Below, piece after piece: positions 10,010 to 18,917 of a DNA stretch of 38,477 nucleotides. Position 1 is the stretch's first letter; every line of letters starts with the position of its first letter. The position numbers were made by a program, and so were the translations under genes. Source of the DNA: Micavibrio sp. UBA1664 (lineage in GTDB: Bacteria; Pseudomonadota; Alphaproteobacteria; Micavibrionales; UBA1664); contig DCKW01000032.1 of NCBI GenBank assembly GCA_002320485.1, positions 1-38,477 of the forward strand, in the 5' to 3' direction. The notes beneath the pieces were generated by a model that saw only the letters and a program-made list of their open reading frames with translations, searched no databases and was not told the DNA's origin.

Positions 10010-12199
10010 ATGGCGAATAAAAACAGAGAACCTTTTGATAACCCGGTCATAGAATGGGTGGACAGCCGCCTTCCGGTTTTCACCCTGATGAATAAGGAAT
10101 ATGGTGTCTTTCCAACTCCGCGAAATTTTAATTATTTCTGGAATTTCGGCGCATTGGCCATGGTCTTCCTTGTCTTAATGATTTTGACAGGTGTATTTCT
10201 GGCCATGAATTATGCCGCCAACGAAAATCTGGCGTTTGATTCCGTTGAGCGGATCATGCGCGATGTGAATTTTGGTTGGCTTCTTCGCTATATGCATATG
10301 AACGGGGCGCATTTCTTTTTTGCCGTTGTCTATATTCATATTTTCCGCGGAATGTATTACGGATCCTATAAAAAACCGCGGGAATTACTGTGGTTATTAG
10401 GTATTCTTATTTTTGTGTTGATGATGGCAACTGCCTTTATGGGTTATACTCTACCATGGTCACAAATGTCAGGATGGGGGGCGACCGTTATTACATCACT
10501 GTTTTCTGCCGTTCCGTTTGTAGGTGAATCCCTGGTCCAGCTATTATGGGGCGGATTTTCAGTCGATAATCCTACACTGAATCGTTTTTACGCCCTTCAC
10601 TATTTATTCCCATTCTTGATTGTCGGCGTTGTTTTCCTGCATGTGTGGGCCTTGCACGTGACAGGTTCAAACAACCCACTCGGCATTGAGCCGAAATCAA
10701 GTAAGGATACTTTACCGTTTCACCCTTATTACACGATGAAGGATTTGTTCGGCGTTTCTGTTGTTCTGATTATTTATTCATTCTTCGTATTTTTTGCACC
10801 GAATTCATTAGGACACAGCGACCATTATGTTCCGTTTAACCAGTTGGTTACACCGCCACATATCGTGCCGGAATGGTATTTCCTGATGTTTTATGCGATT
10901 TTACGGGCCATTACTTTTGACTTTAATATTTATATCACGGCCGGCCTAATTGCCATGGGCGCTGCTATTGTACCCCTTTACCTGAACCGTGAAAAACAAC
11001 TTAATTTCCCGCCTATTATCGGGATAGGGGTCATTGGATTAGTTTTATTTATCCTAGGCTTTATTTCTCAGGAAGCCGGGGGCAAATTGATTTATATGCC
11101 TTTTGCAGAATTTAAATTAATGAGCGCTAAATTGGGTGGTGTGCTGGCTATGGGCGGAGCGATTGCCGCCGCTGCCTTGATGCCCTGGCTCGACTGGCAT
11201 CCTGTCAGATCCGCCCGCTTCCGCCCGCTTTACCGTTTTTTCCTGATCGTCTTTCTGATTGACTGTGTCATTCTGGGGATTATGGGCGCAAAAGTGGCGG
11301 AACAGCCTTGGGTTATTATTTCCCAACTGGCTACCGGATATTATTTCGCCTTCTTTTTTGTCATTGTCCCGCTACTGTCACGTATCGAACGTGCCAAGCC
11401 TCTCCCGACATCAATTTATGAAGCTGTTGTCAAAAAGGCTGCCGTGGTCTTACTTGTAGGAGTAATTGCCGTGAGCGGTATGGCATCATCTGCCTCCGCC
11501 GCCGAGGAAGCCCCCGAACCTCCACATCAGGAATGGAGTTTTGACGGTATGTTCGGCACCTATGACAAGGCATCTAAACAACGCGGATTTCAGGTTTACC
11601 GCGAAGTTTGCGCCGCCTGCCACGGACTTGAGCGCATTTCATTCCGCAATCTTGAAGATCTGGGCTATAGCGAGGCACAGGTTAAGGCCATTGCTGCCGA
11701 AGCCATGGTTGAGGATGGGCCTAATGATGAAGGCGACATGTTTACACGTACCGGACGTGCGTCAGATCATTTCCCGTCACCATACGCCAATGACCAGGCG
11801 GCACGTTACGCCAATAATGGCGCGCTTCCGCCTGATTTGTCATTGATTGTAAAGGCCCGCCATCACGGTGCCGATTATATTCATGCCATATTAACAGGAT
11901 ACGAGCCTGCACCGGCAGGGTTTCAGTTAAATCCCGGCATGCATTATAATAAATATTTTGGCGGCCATCAGATCGGAATGCCGCAACCGCTTATGGATGG
12001 TCAGGTTGCCTATGCGGACGGTACGAAATCATCGGTTGAACAAATGTCGCATGATGTTTCCACATTTCTGGCATGGGCCTCGGAACCGCATCAGGACGAG
12101 CGCAAGCGTATGGGATTGAAAGTTATCCTGTTCCTGTGCTTCATGTCGGTTATCATGTACAAGGTGAAAAAGAAAATCTGGAAAGATGTCGAACACTAA
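10010..12199 (+). CDS. fbcH: Fused cytochrome b / cytochrome c1 precursor (FbcH-type)
   Basis: Cyt b part with four heme histidines and PEWY, then an internal signal-like linker ending ASA, then cyt c1 with CAACH, axial Met (IGMPQPL) and C-terminal anchor, all in one frame. Confidence 0.93.
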   Translation: MANKNREPFDNPVIEWVDSRLPVFTLMNKEYGVFPTPRNFNYFWNFGALAMVFLVLMILTGVFLAMNYAANENLAFDSVERIMRDVNFGWLLRYMHMNGAHFFFAVVYIHIFRGMYYGSYKKPRELLWLLGILIFVLMMATAFMGYTLPWSQMSGWGATVITSLFSAVPFVGESLVQLLWGGFSVDNPTLNRFYALHYLFPFLIVGVVFLHVWALHVTGSNNPLGIEPKSSKDTLPFHPYYTMKDLFGVSVVLIIYSFFVFFAPNSLGHSDHYVPFNQLVTPPHIVPEWYFLMFYAILRAITFDFNIYITAGLIAMGAAIVPLYLNREKQLNFPPIIGIGVIGLVLFILGFISQEAGGKLIYMPFAEFKLMSAKLGGVLAMGGAIAAAALMPWLDWHPVRSARFRPLYRFFLIVFLIDCVILGIMGAKVAEQPWVIISQLATGYYFAFFFVIVPLLSRIERAKPLPTSIYEAVVKKAAVVLLVGVIAVSGMASSASAAEEAPEPPHQEWSFDGMFGTYDKASKQRGFQVYREVCAACHGLERISFRNLEDLGYSEAQVKAIAAEAMVEDGPNDEGDMFTRTGRASDHFPSPYANDQAARYANNGALPPDLSLIVKARHHGADYIHAILTGYEPAPAGFQLNPGMHYNKYFGGHQIGMPQPLMDGQVAYADGTKSSVEQMSHDVSTFLAWASEPHQDERKRMGLKVILFLCFMSVIMYKVKKKIWKDVEH

Positions 12200-12202
12200 G
12201 AT

Positions 12203-12227
12203 AAAGGGCCTGTTACAGGCCCTTTTT
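12203..12227 (+). terminator. Intrinsic terminator of the pet operon
   Basis: AAAGGGCCTGT-T-ACAGGCCCTTTTT inverted repeat right after the stop codon. Confidence 0.85.
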
Positions 12228-12280
12228 AATGCCGTAATACCAGAGTGACAAACGCCTTCACTCATGCTAAACAAGTGCGC

Positions 12281-14095
12281 ATGAGTAGCAAGACACACCC
12301 CCTAGACCGTATTCGTAATTTTGCGATTATCGCCCATATCGACCATGGGAAATCGACACTTGCCGACCGTCTGATCCAGACATGCGGCGGATTGGAAGAA
12401 CGTGAAATGCGGCAACAGGTTCTGGATTCCATGGATATCGAGCAGGAACGCGGTATCACGATCAAGGCGCAAACGGTGCGCCTGTCCTACACCGCGCAAG
12501 ACGGCATTGAATATCAATTGAACATTATGGATACGCCCGGTCATGTTGATTTTGCCTATGAGGTCTCACGGTCTTTGGCGGCGTGCGAAGGTTCGCTCCT
12601 CATTGTCGATGCCACACAAGGTGTGGAGGCACAGACACTCGCCAATGTCTATCAGGCGATTGAGAACAACCACGAAATCATTCCCGTTATCAATAAAATC
12701 GACCTGCCTGCCGCCGATGTCGAGCGTGTTAAACAGCAAATCGAGGATGTGATCGGCATTGACGCCAGTGATGCCATTGAGGTTTCGGGTAAAACCGGTA
12801 TCGGGATTGACGCCTTATTGGAAGCAATTGTTCAACGCCTTCCGGCCCCGATTGCAGAAGCGGACAAACCGACGCAGGCCTTGTTGGTCGACTCATGGTA
12901 TGACGCCTATTTGGGTGTTGTCATCTTGGTACGCGTGATGGAAGGATATCTGCGCAAAGGCCAGAAAATCCAATTTATGAAAGCCGGAGCCACGCGCGAG
13001 ATCGACCGCGTTGGTATGTTTACGCCGAAGCCGGTTTTGCTGGACGAACTCGGCCCCGGCGAGATGGGATTTATCACCGCCTCCATCAAGGATATTAGCG
13101 AAACAAAAGTCGGGGACACAATTACCGATGATAAAAAGCCGTGTGACAAGGCCCTGCCCGGTTTTAAACCGTCCATTCCCATGGTATTTTGCTCCCTATT
13201 TCCTGTTGATGCGTCCGATTTTGAACATCTGCGCGATAGTCTTGGCAAATTGGCATTAAACGACGCGTCATTGCATTACGAACCTGAAAATTCACAAGCC
13301 CTCGGCCTGGGTTTCCGCTGCGGATTTCTGGGACTATTGCATATGGAGATCATTCAGGAGCGTCTTTCCCGTGAATTCGACCTTGACCTGATTCCGACCG
13401 CACCCAGTGTTGTTTACAAACTGCACATGACCGACGGCACGGTCAAAGAACTGTATAACCCTGCCGATATGCCCGACGTGGTGAAGATCGATAAGATTGA
13501 GGAGCCTTTGATTAAGGCAACCATTCTTGTCCCTGACGAATATCTGGGCGGGTTGTTGCAATTATGCGAGGAACGCCGCGGGCGACAGGTCACACTAACT
13601 TATGCCGGAAACCGCGCCATGCTGGTTTATAACCTGCCTTTAAACGAGGTTGTATTCGATTTTTACGACCGCTTAAAATCCATCTCGCGTGGTTATGCGT
13701 CCTTTGATTATGAATTATGCGGATATCAGGCCGAAAAACTGGTGAAAATGGATATCCGTGTCAATGATGAACCTGTCGATGCTTTAGCCATGATTGTCCA
13801 TGAATCTCAGGCCGAACGCAGAGGGCGGCAATTATGCGAACGCCTGAAAGACTTGATCCCGCGTCAAATGTTCAAAATCGCCATTCAGGCCGCGATCGGT
13901 GCACGCATTATCGCCCGTGAAACATTGGGAGCGTTACGCAAGGACGTCACCGCCAAATGTTACGGCGGCGACATCAGCCGTAAGAAAAAACTGTTGGAAA
14001 AGCAGAAAAAGGGTAAGGCCAAGATGCGCCAGTACGGGAATGTGGAAATCCCTCAAAGTGCGTTTATCAACGCCCTCAAAATGGGCGATAATTGA
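12281..14095 (+). CDS. lepA: Elongation factor 4 (LepA)
   Basis: [47 protein letters not shown]; ATG at 12281. Confidence 0.98.
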   Translation: MSSKTHPLDRIRNFAIIAHIDHGKSTLADRLIQTCGGLEEREMRQQVLDSMDIEQERGITIKAQTVRLSYTAQDGIEYQLNIMDTPGHVDFAYEVSRSLAACEGSLLIVDATQGVEAQTLANVYQAIENNHEIIPVINKIDLPAADVERVKQQIEDVIGIDASDAIEVSGKTGIGIDALLEAIVQRLPAPIAEADKPTQALLVDSWYDAYLGVVILVRVMEGYLRKGQKIQFMKAGATREIDRVGMFTPKPVLLDELGPGEMGFITASIKDISETKVGDTITDDKKPCDKALPGFKPSIPMVFCSLFPVDASDFEHLRDSLGKLALNDASLHYEPENSQALGLGFRCGFLGLLHMEIIQERLSREFDLDLIPTAPSVVYKLHMTDGTVKELYNPADMPDVVKIDKIEEPLIKATILVPDEYLGGLLQLCEERRGRQVTLTYAGNRAMLVYNLPLNEVVFDFYDRLKSISRGYASFDYELCGYQAEKLVKMDIRVNDEPVDALAMIVHESQAERRGRQLCERLKDLIPRQMFKIAIQAAIGARIIARETLGALRKDVTAKCYGGDISRKKKLLEKQKKGKAKMRQYGNVEIPQSAFINALKMGDN

Positions 14096-14490
14096 TGAAT
14101 GAAGAATTAAAGCAAGAAAGAGAACTATATGTAAGAGGTCAAATTCATGACTTATATATCTTTTTCGCAAAATCAATTTTAACCCTTAATCCGATTATTT
14201 TTGGTGGCGCCTTAACAATTGTAAAATTAAATACTGAATCTGTTGAGCATATATGCGTCCTCGTAGCAGGAAGCGTTTTTTTATTTCTCTCTATTTTCAG
14301 TGTTTTTATAGCGTGCATAGCTGGCATAAAATTATATGATAGATTTTTTGAAATTTTACCAAAAAACAATGATGATGTAACCGAAATGTGGGAAAACATT
14401 TCCGCCCACCTTCTGTTGTTTTCTTTTACAACACTCATATTTGGCATATTTTTTACAGGATTATTTTTACTTCTAAATATTATTAATTAA
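14092..14490 (+). CDS. AT-rich hypothetical membrane protein
   Basis: 132-aa ORF with about 3 hydrophobic segments, start abutting the lepA stop; visibly more AT-rich than lepA. Confidence 0.6.
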   Translation: MMNEELKQERELYVRGQIHDLYIFFAKSILTLNPIIFGGALTIVKLNTESVEHICVLVAGSVFLFLSIFSVFIACIAGIKLYDRFFEILPKNNDDVTEMWENISAHLLLFSFTTLIFGIFFTGLFLLLNIIN

Positions 14491-14554
14491 TCTTTACAAC
14501 TAATTATTTGCGCCTATCTATTTTCATAGAACTTAAATCGAAAGGACAATTATC

Positions 14555-14983
14555 ATGGCTATTAACAAATCAGGGTCTGCACATTGGGAAGGCTCACTGA
14601 AAGAAGGCAAGGGCACGGTTTCCACCGAAACAGGTGCGTTAAACAAACAACCTTACGGGTTTAATACCCGGTTTGAGGATAAACCCGGCACGAACCCTGA
14701 AGAATTGGTTGCCGCGGCGCACGCCTCATGTTTTTCCATGGCGTTTTCCATGGTTCTGGGAAAAAGCGATCTTACACCCGATTCCATCGACACAACGGCG
14801 GTCATAACTTTAGATAAAGAGGGCGAAGGCTTTGCCGTGAAAAAATCAGCCCTGACCTGTACGGTCACCTGTCACGGCGATGAAGACAAAATTCGCGAAG
14901 CCGCCAACGGAGCCAAAGAAAACTGCCCCATATCTAAGTTGCTGAATTGTGATATCACCCTTGACCTGACCGTTAAGTCTTAA
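14555..14983 (+). CDS. osmC: OsmC family peroxiredoxin
   Basis: AHWEGSLKEGKG, GTNPEELVAAAHASCFSMA, AKENCPISK; RBS AAAGGA. Confidence 0.94.
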   Translation: MAINKSGSAHWEGSLKEGKGTVSTETGALNKQPYGFNTRFEDKPGTNPEELVAAAHASCFSMAFSMVLGKSDLTPDSIDTTAVITLDKEGEGFAVKKSALTCTVTCHGDEDKIREAANGAKENCPISKLLNCDITLDLTVKS

Positions 14984-14996
14984 CCGTATATTTATC

Positions 14997-15022
14997 GGAA
15001 CAAACGTCCGCCCTCCTCCGTA
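14997..15022 (+). promoter_or_regulatory. Possible sigma-EcfG promoter for the YrhK-like gene
   Basis: GGAAC-N17-CGTA, one mismatch to the alphaproteobacterial EcfG consensus GGAAC-N16/17-CGTT, ending 8 nt before the ATG. Confidence 0.45.
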
Positions 15023-15030
15023 GGGCGGGC

Positions 15031-15285
15031 ATGAGTTCAGCAATTTCACACAAACACAGAACGTTTTTAAAAACATTTTTTGACGAGTATGAATGGATTC
15101 ACCTGACATTAGGGTTGGTGGGGAATACGCTGTTTTTTATAGGCAGTGTCATGTTTCTTAATAAATCCCTGATGACGCTTGGGACATGGCTGTTCATTGT
15201 CGGGAGTTTTCTGATGTTATTCGGATCGGCCGGAAACACTCTCGTAAAATACGTCAACAGTAAATCCCATAAGGAAAATCAATAA
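15031..15285 (+). CDS. YrhK-like small membrane protein
   Basis: YEWIHL...GNTLFFIGSVMFL...GTWLFIVGS pattern typical of the YrhK family. Confidence 0.75.
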   Translation: MSSAISHKHRTFLKTFFDEYEWIHLTLGLVGNTLFFIGSVMFLNKSLMTLGTWLFIVGSFLMLFGSAGNTLVKYVNSKSHKENQ

Positions 15286-15287
15286 TC

Positions 15288-15316
15288 AAAAAAAAGCCCC
15301 TTTTAAAGGGGCTTTT
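15288..15316. terminator. Bidirectional intrinsic terminator
   Basis: A-run, AAAAGCCCCTTT-T-AAAGGGGCTTTT between convergent genes. Confidence 0.8.
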
Positions 15317-15339
15317 ATACTATTTTATAATAGGTAACA

Positions 15340-15933
15340 TTATTGGTTATAAATCATGTTTTCCGCTGATAATGGGGCCTGACGTTCCATGTAGGCGCGC
15401 TTCCATTCATCGATATCAATTGTACCTGATTTATCTATATCCAGTTGCAAGAATGATTTACCAATAAACTCGCGGGGTGTAATACCGGCCTCGCCGTTTC
15501 TGCTAAAACGCTCTAACCCCGTACGTTGCATGACGATTTCGCGGCTGACGTCTTGGGAGTCAATAATACTGTTATTATTGTAATCGATTGCAACCGTTAC
15601 GGTCCGTGTTTTTTCAACCGGGGCGAATGTCAAATTCAAGCTGCGGTTAAATTCCAAATTATCCAAAACCTGATTGCCATCACGATCAAACTGGAAAAAC
15701 AGTCTTTCGCCTACTTCATCGGCTTCCAAAATACCATTTCCATTTGTGTCATATATCAACAAATCTGAAGGCAATGGCGTCGTAACCGTTTTTACCTCGG
15801 TTGATTTTTTATAGGCCTGAATATTAGGGTTACCCATTTCCACCGCTTCCGGACGGGCCTGAGCTACCGTAACAGCACCAAAAGACAGGGCCATTACAGA
15901 TGATAATGTTAAAATTCGTTTCATGTTAAACAT
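15340..15933 (-). CDS. Secreted EF-hand-like calcium-binding protein
   Basis: Signal peptide (AQA) and DxDxxG-type loops DTNGNGILEADE, DRDGNQVLDNLE, DYNNNSIIDSQD, DIDKSGTIDIDE. Confidence 0.8.
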   Translation of the reverse strand: MFNMKRILTLSSVMALSFGAVTVAQARPEAVEMGNPNIQAYKKSTEVKTVTTPLPSDLLIYDTNGNGILEADEVGERLFFQFDRDGNQVLDNLEFNRSLNLTFAPVEKTRTVTVAIDYNNNSIIDSQDVSREIVMQRTGLERFSRNGEAGITPREFIGKSFLQLDIDKSGTIDIDEWKRAYMERQAPLSAENMIYNQ

Positions 15934-15964
15934 AGGTTACTCCTTTGTTGCTATTCGGAATAAT

Positions 15965-15989
15965 AACGAAGGAAAATTTAAAAAGTTCC
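15965..15989 (-). promoter_or_regulatory. sigma-EcfG (general stress response) promoter
   Basis: Exact GGAAC-N16-CGTT on the minus strand about 30 nt upstream of the EF-hand gene, followed by AAAGGAG RBS. Confidence 0.7.
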
Positions 15990-16004
15990 AAGCTTGCCAA
16001 GCAC

Positions 16005-16331
16005 TTAGACCATTGAACGCAATGTAACCCGATCTTTTTCAATGATAATCGATTTGGACGCTTTCCGTGCCAGTGGAATACCTACTCCGCGACAATACAT
16101 CATCAGGGCGGCGGCGACAAAATCGCGCGTATAGGTAACCGTCTTTTTTTCGTTAATTTGCGGGTTTTCCAGAAAAAACTGGATTTTATTGGGGTCATCC
16201 GCAGATTCCTCTATTTTCACGATAGCCCCTGCAATCAGTTTCCCCTCCCCATCCTGTTTCGTCGACAGTTTATAAAGGGCTTGATAAGTTTCACTCATAT
16301 CGAAAATGACACGACGGTCTTCACGCGGCAT
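16005..16331 (-). CDS. Hypothetical protein (108 aa)
   Basis: Clean ORF with AGAGGA RBS; no recognisable motif. Confidence 0.7.
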   Translation of the reverse strand: MPREDRRVIFDMSETYQALYKLSTKQDGEGKLIAGAIVKIEESADDPNKIQFFLENPQINEKKTVTYTRDFVAAALMMYCRGVGIPLARKASKSIIIEKDRVTLRSMV

Positions 16332-16513
16332 TCAAAATCCTCTGGTTTATCGGTTATTAAACTCAGGGTAGCGCATTTAGGAAGATATCGAAAAGGACTT
16401 TTTAGACGATTTCATACAAATTACATTTAAATTTATATCTGCTGTAATCCGTTAAATATTTGTTCATCTTTTTGCCATAAGATAAGAAAGCTTATAGGGA
16501 ACAGGAAAAAAAT

Positions 16514-17101
16514 ATGACGGCTTTATCAAACCAAATGCATGAAAAAATGACAGTTCGCTTAAACGAACTGCGCGGAAAGGTTATTACAAAAATGACCGGC
16601 ACCGGAGAAAGAATTAAAAGCCGTCCATCCCTGCCAGGCGACAATGCCCTTAAAGAAATATCAACCCATCAGGTCATGCAAAGAAATGATGACGGCGCAA
16701 CCATTTTAGGTGCGGCCATCGGTATTCCCGGTCTTGACCCGATTGTCGAGGCGGCCATTGATGTCGGAACCGATATGTTTGCCGACCGCAAAGCCGTTCA
16801 CGAGCGGCCTCAGGACAAGATGACCCTGACCCCGAAACAACAACGTCAGATTCGTGAAAAAAATGATGAGGATCTGAAAGTGTTTCAGGCCTTGGATGAA
16901 AATTTGAATTTTTTGAATACGGCAATGTCATGTGGCAACATCTGGGCCATGATCGATCCGCAAACCAATGATATTCAGGTCATAGAAGGTATGGATACAC
17001 CCAAACACGTCATGACCGCCAATAACGAGCCGAGCGAAGAGCATATTAACCATATAGCTGTTATGAGCGCAAATAAAGCCGTCGGCATTCATTTAAGATA
17101 A
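16514..17101 (+). CDS. Hypothetical protein (195 aa)
   Basis: ORF with AGGA RBS; no recognisable motif. Confidence 0.65.
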   Translation: MTALSNQMHEKMTVRLNELRGKVITKMTGTGERIKSRPSLPGDNALKEISTHQVMQRNDDGATILGAAIGIPGLDPIVEAAIDVGTDMFADRKAVHERPQDKMTLTPKQQRQIREKNDEDLKVFQALDENLNFLNTAMSCGNIWAMIDPQTNDIQVIEGMDTPKHVMTANNEPSEEHINHIAVMSANKAVGIHLR

Positions 17102-17141
17102 TCTGTAGATTTTATTCCTGTATTGCGAAATAATACACGGG

Positions 17142-18032
17142 ATGATGCTTTTGAACACATCCCTTTTACGCGAACGTTTTGTTATTCAGGATGAAAAACA
17201 TGCCCTTGAGCCAATCGTGGCCGTGGGCAACCGTTTGTTGTTGCCATTGGTCAGTGACAACGGCGAAATTAAAGAACGCTTTGTTGTCCGCGCCCAAACC
17301 ATGCATATGGCCCTGCGACTGGCAGCTTACATCGCGCGAGAATTCCAGACTAAGGGGCCGATTTTGCATCGTCAGGTTCCGCTGAGATGGGATGACATCT
17401 GGTATGACATGACGTCCGAATTTGAAAGGCTTTATAATCCCTCCGCATGGTGCGCAATTTATCATAACGGACGCGCGATTTTCAAAAATGGTAATTATCA
17501 TCCTTTTTTGGATGTGATTGAACAATGCGATATCAAAAACAGGGCGGATTATGATAAGGCAATTTATATCGCCGAGGATATTTTCAAACAGGCTGGCAAG
17601 TCCGTTAAAATAAACCATAATGTAAATATCGGTGTTGTTATCGGCGCTATGGAGGGCCGTATCCGCAGCGGATTAATCCTGCGCGCTCCCGCCCATACCA
17701 GCACCTTTAATTTTGTTATAGAAACAGACTATGACAACCCTGCATCCTTGCGTCCGCATGATGGTCTGGACCTGTCATCCTATTATCTGGAAGGTATACA
17801 ATTAGCCGTTTTGACCGGCATTGCCGAATACCAACGCAAAAGGGATGGTGCGCCCGCTTCTCATGAGCCAATACCGTTGCAATCCGCCTATAAAAGATTG
17901 GGCCGGCTGACGCAGGCAATAGACTCGCGGGAAAAGCAATTCTCAATACGTTATCGGCCAGAAAAGCCAGATTTCAAAACCATTCTGGACGAGGCACGAC
18001 AGCTTAGCTGGGGAGTGACACGGGTGTTATGA
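17142..18032 (+). CDS. Hypothetical protein, paralog A of tandem pair
   Basis: 296-aa ORF sharing motifs along its length with the next ORF. Confidence 0.8.
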   Translation: MMLLNTSLLRERFVIQDEKHALEPIVAVGNRLLLPLVSDNGEIKERFVVRAQTMHMALRLAAYIAREFQTKGPILHRQVPLRWDDIWYDMTSEFERLYNPSAWCAIYHNGRAIFKNGNYHPFLDVIEQCDIKNRADYDKAIYIAEDIFKQAGKSVKINHNVNIGVVIGAMEGRIRSGLILRAPAHTSTFNFVIETDYDNPASLRPHDGLDLSSYYLEGIQLAVLTGIAEYQRKRDGAPASHEPIPLQSAYKRLGRLTQAIDSREKQFSIRYRPEKPDFKTILDEARQLSWGVTRVL

Positions 18033-18886
18033 CGTCCATATCGCTCCTGCGGGAAAAATTTATTATTAGGGATACATTTTACGCCTCCCCTCCCGTGGAG
18101 GCTTTAGGAAACCGCCTAATCATATCACTCCCCGGCCGGTCGATCCCGCTTGTCATTCGCGGGCACTCCATGCATATGACACTGCGCTTCGGGGCAGAAA
18201 TTATGCGGCAACTCTCTTATATCAGCCAGATTGAAAAAGTGGCGATCCTGTTGGATTGGGATGATATATGGGCAAAACTGGCAAACCCTTTTGAGGCGGA
18301 TTTCACGCCCTCGACCTGGATCACTGTTTATTATAAAGGTGAGCCAATTTACCAGCATAATGCGCATCACATGTTTTTCGATATTCTTGAACAATGCGAA
18401 TATAAAAATAGCAAGAGCGGTAACAGGTATGAAACATCCCTTGAAATGACGCGCAATGCTTTTAAAAAAATGGAACGCGACGTGATAATTGACGAGGAAT
18501 CGCATGTGGGTTTCATTCTCGATAGCGACGGAGAAAAGGAATTACGCTTTGCGATCATTCTTCGAATCCCGGGCCATCGCGGAACCTTCATTACTCGCTT
18601 GAGCTCTAAGGGTAAACAAAAGCCCGCCTCCTACATCGCATTAGCGATAGCGGCGGATTACATCGAGGCAATCAATATGGCGGTACGCGCCGGATTTATT
18701 GAAAAAAACATAGGTCAAAACCCGCAAAAATCGAAATATGAACAGGTCAAACAGCAAGCCGCCATCATTAAACGGCTGGATATCCTCAACAACCGTATTA
18801 CACAGGCAGAAGCGCGCTACACCATGCTTTACCGTCCCGAACGTCCGGATTTTCAAGCCATCAGAACAAAATGCAGTGAACTATAG
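18029..18886 (+). CDS. Hypothetical protein, paralog B of tandem pair
   Basis: 285-aa ORF, ATGA overlap with paralog A; shared SLLRE.F.I.D, A.GNRL, MHM.LR, D..EQC, YRPE.PDF. Confidence 0.8.
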   Translation: MTSISLLREKFIIRDTFYASPPVEALGNRLIISLPGRSIPLVIRGHSMHMTLRFGAEIMRQLSYISQIEKVAILLDWDDIWAKLANPFEADFTPSTWITVYYKGEPIYQHNAHHMFFDILEQCEYKNSKSGNRYETSLEMTRNAFKKMERDVIIDEESHVGFILDSDGEKELRFAIILRIPGHRGTFITRLSSKGKQKPASYIALAIAADYIEAINMAVRAGFIEKNIGQNPQKSKYEQVKQQAAIIKRLDILNNRITQAEARYTMLYRPERPDFQAIRTKCSEL

Positions 18887-18887
18887 A

Positions 18888-18914
18888 AAAAGGGGAGTAT
18901 TTTAGCTCCCCTTT
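18888..18914. terminator. Bidirectional intrinsic terminator
   Basis: AAAGGGGAG...CTCCCCTTT hairpin between convergent paralog B and acnA. Confidence 0.75.
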
Positions 18915-18917
18915 CGA

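Noticed and set aside
16452-16466. TTAA-N7-TTCA, CtrA-box-like, upstream of the 195-aa ORF
   Set aside because: One mismatch in an AT-rich spacer; too likely by chance without conservation data
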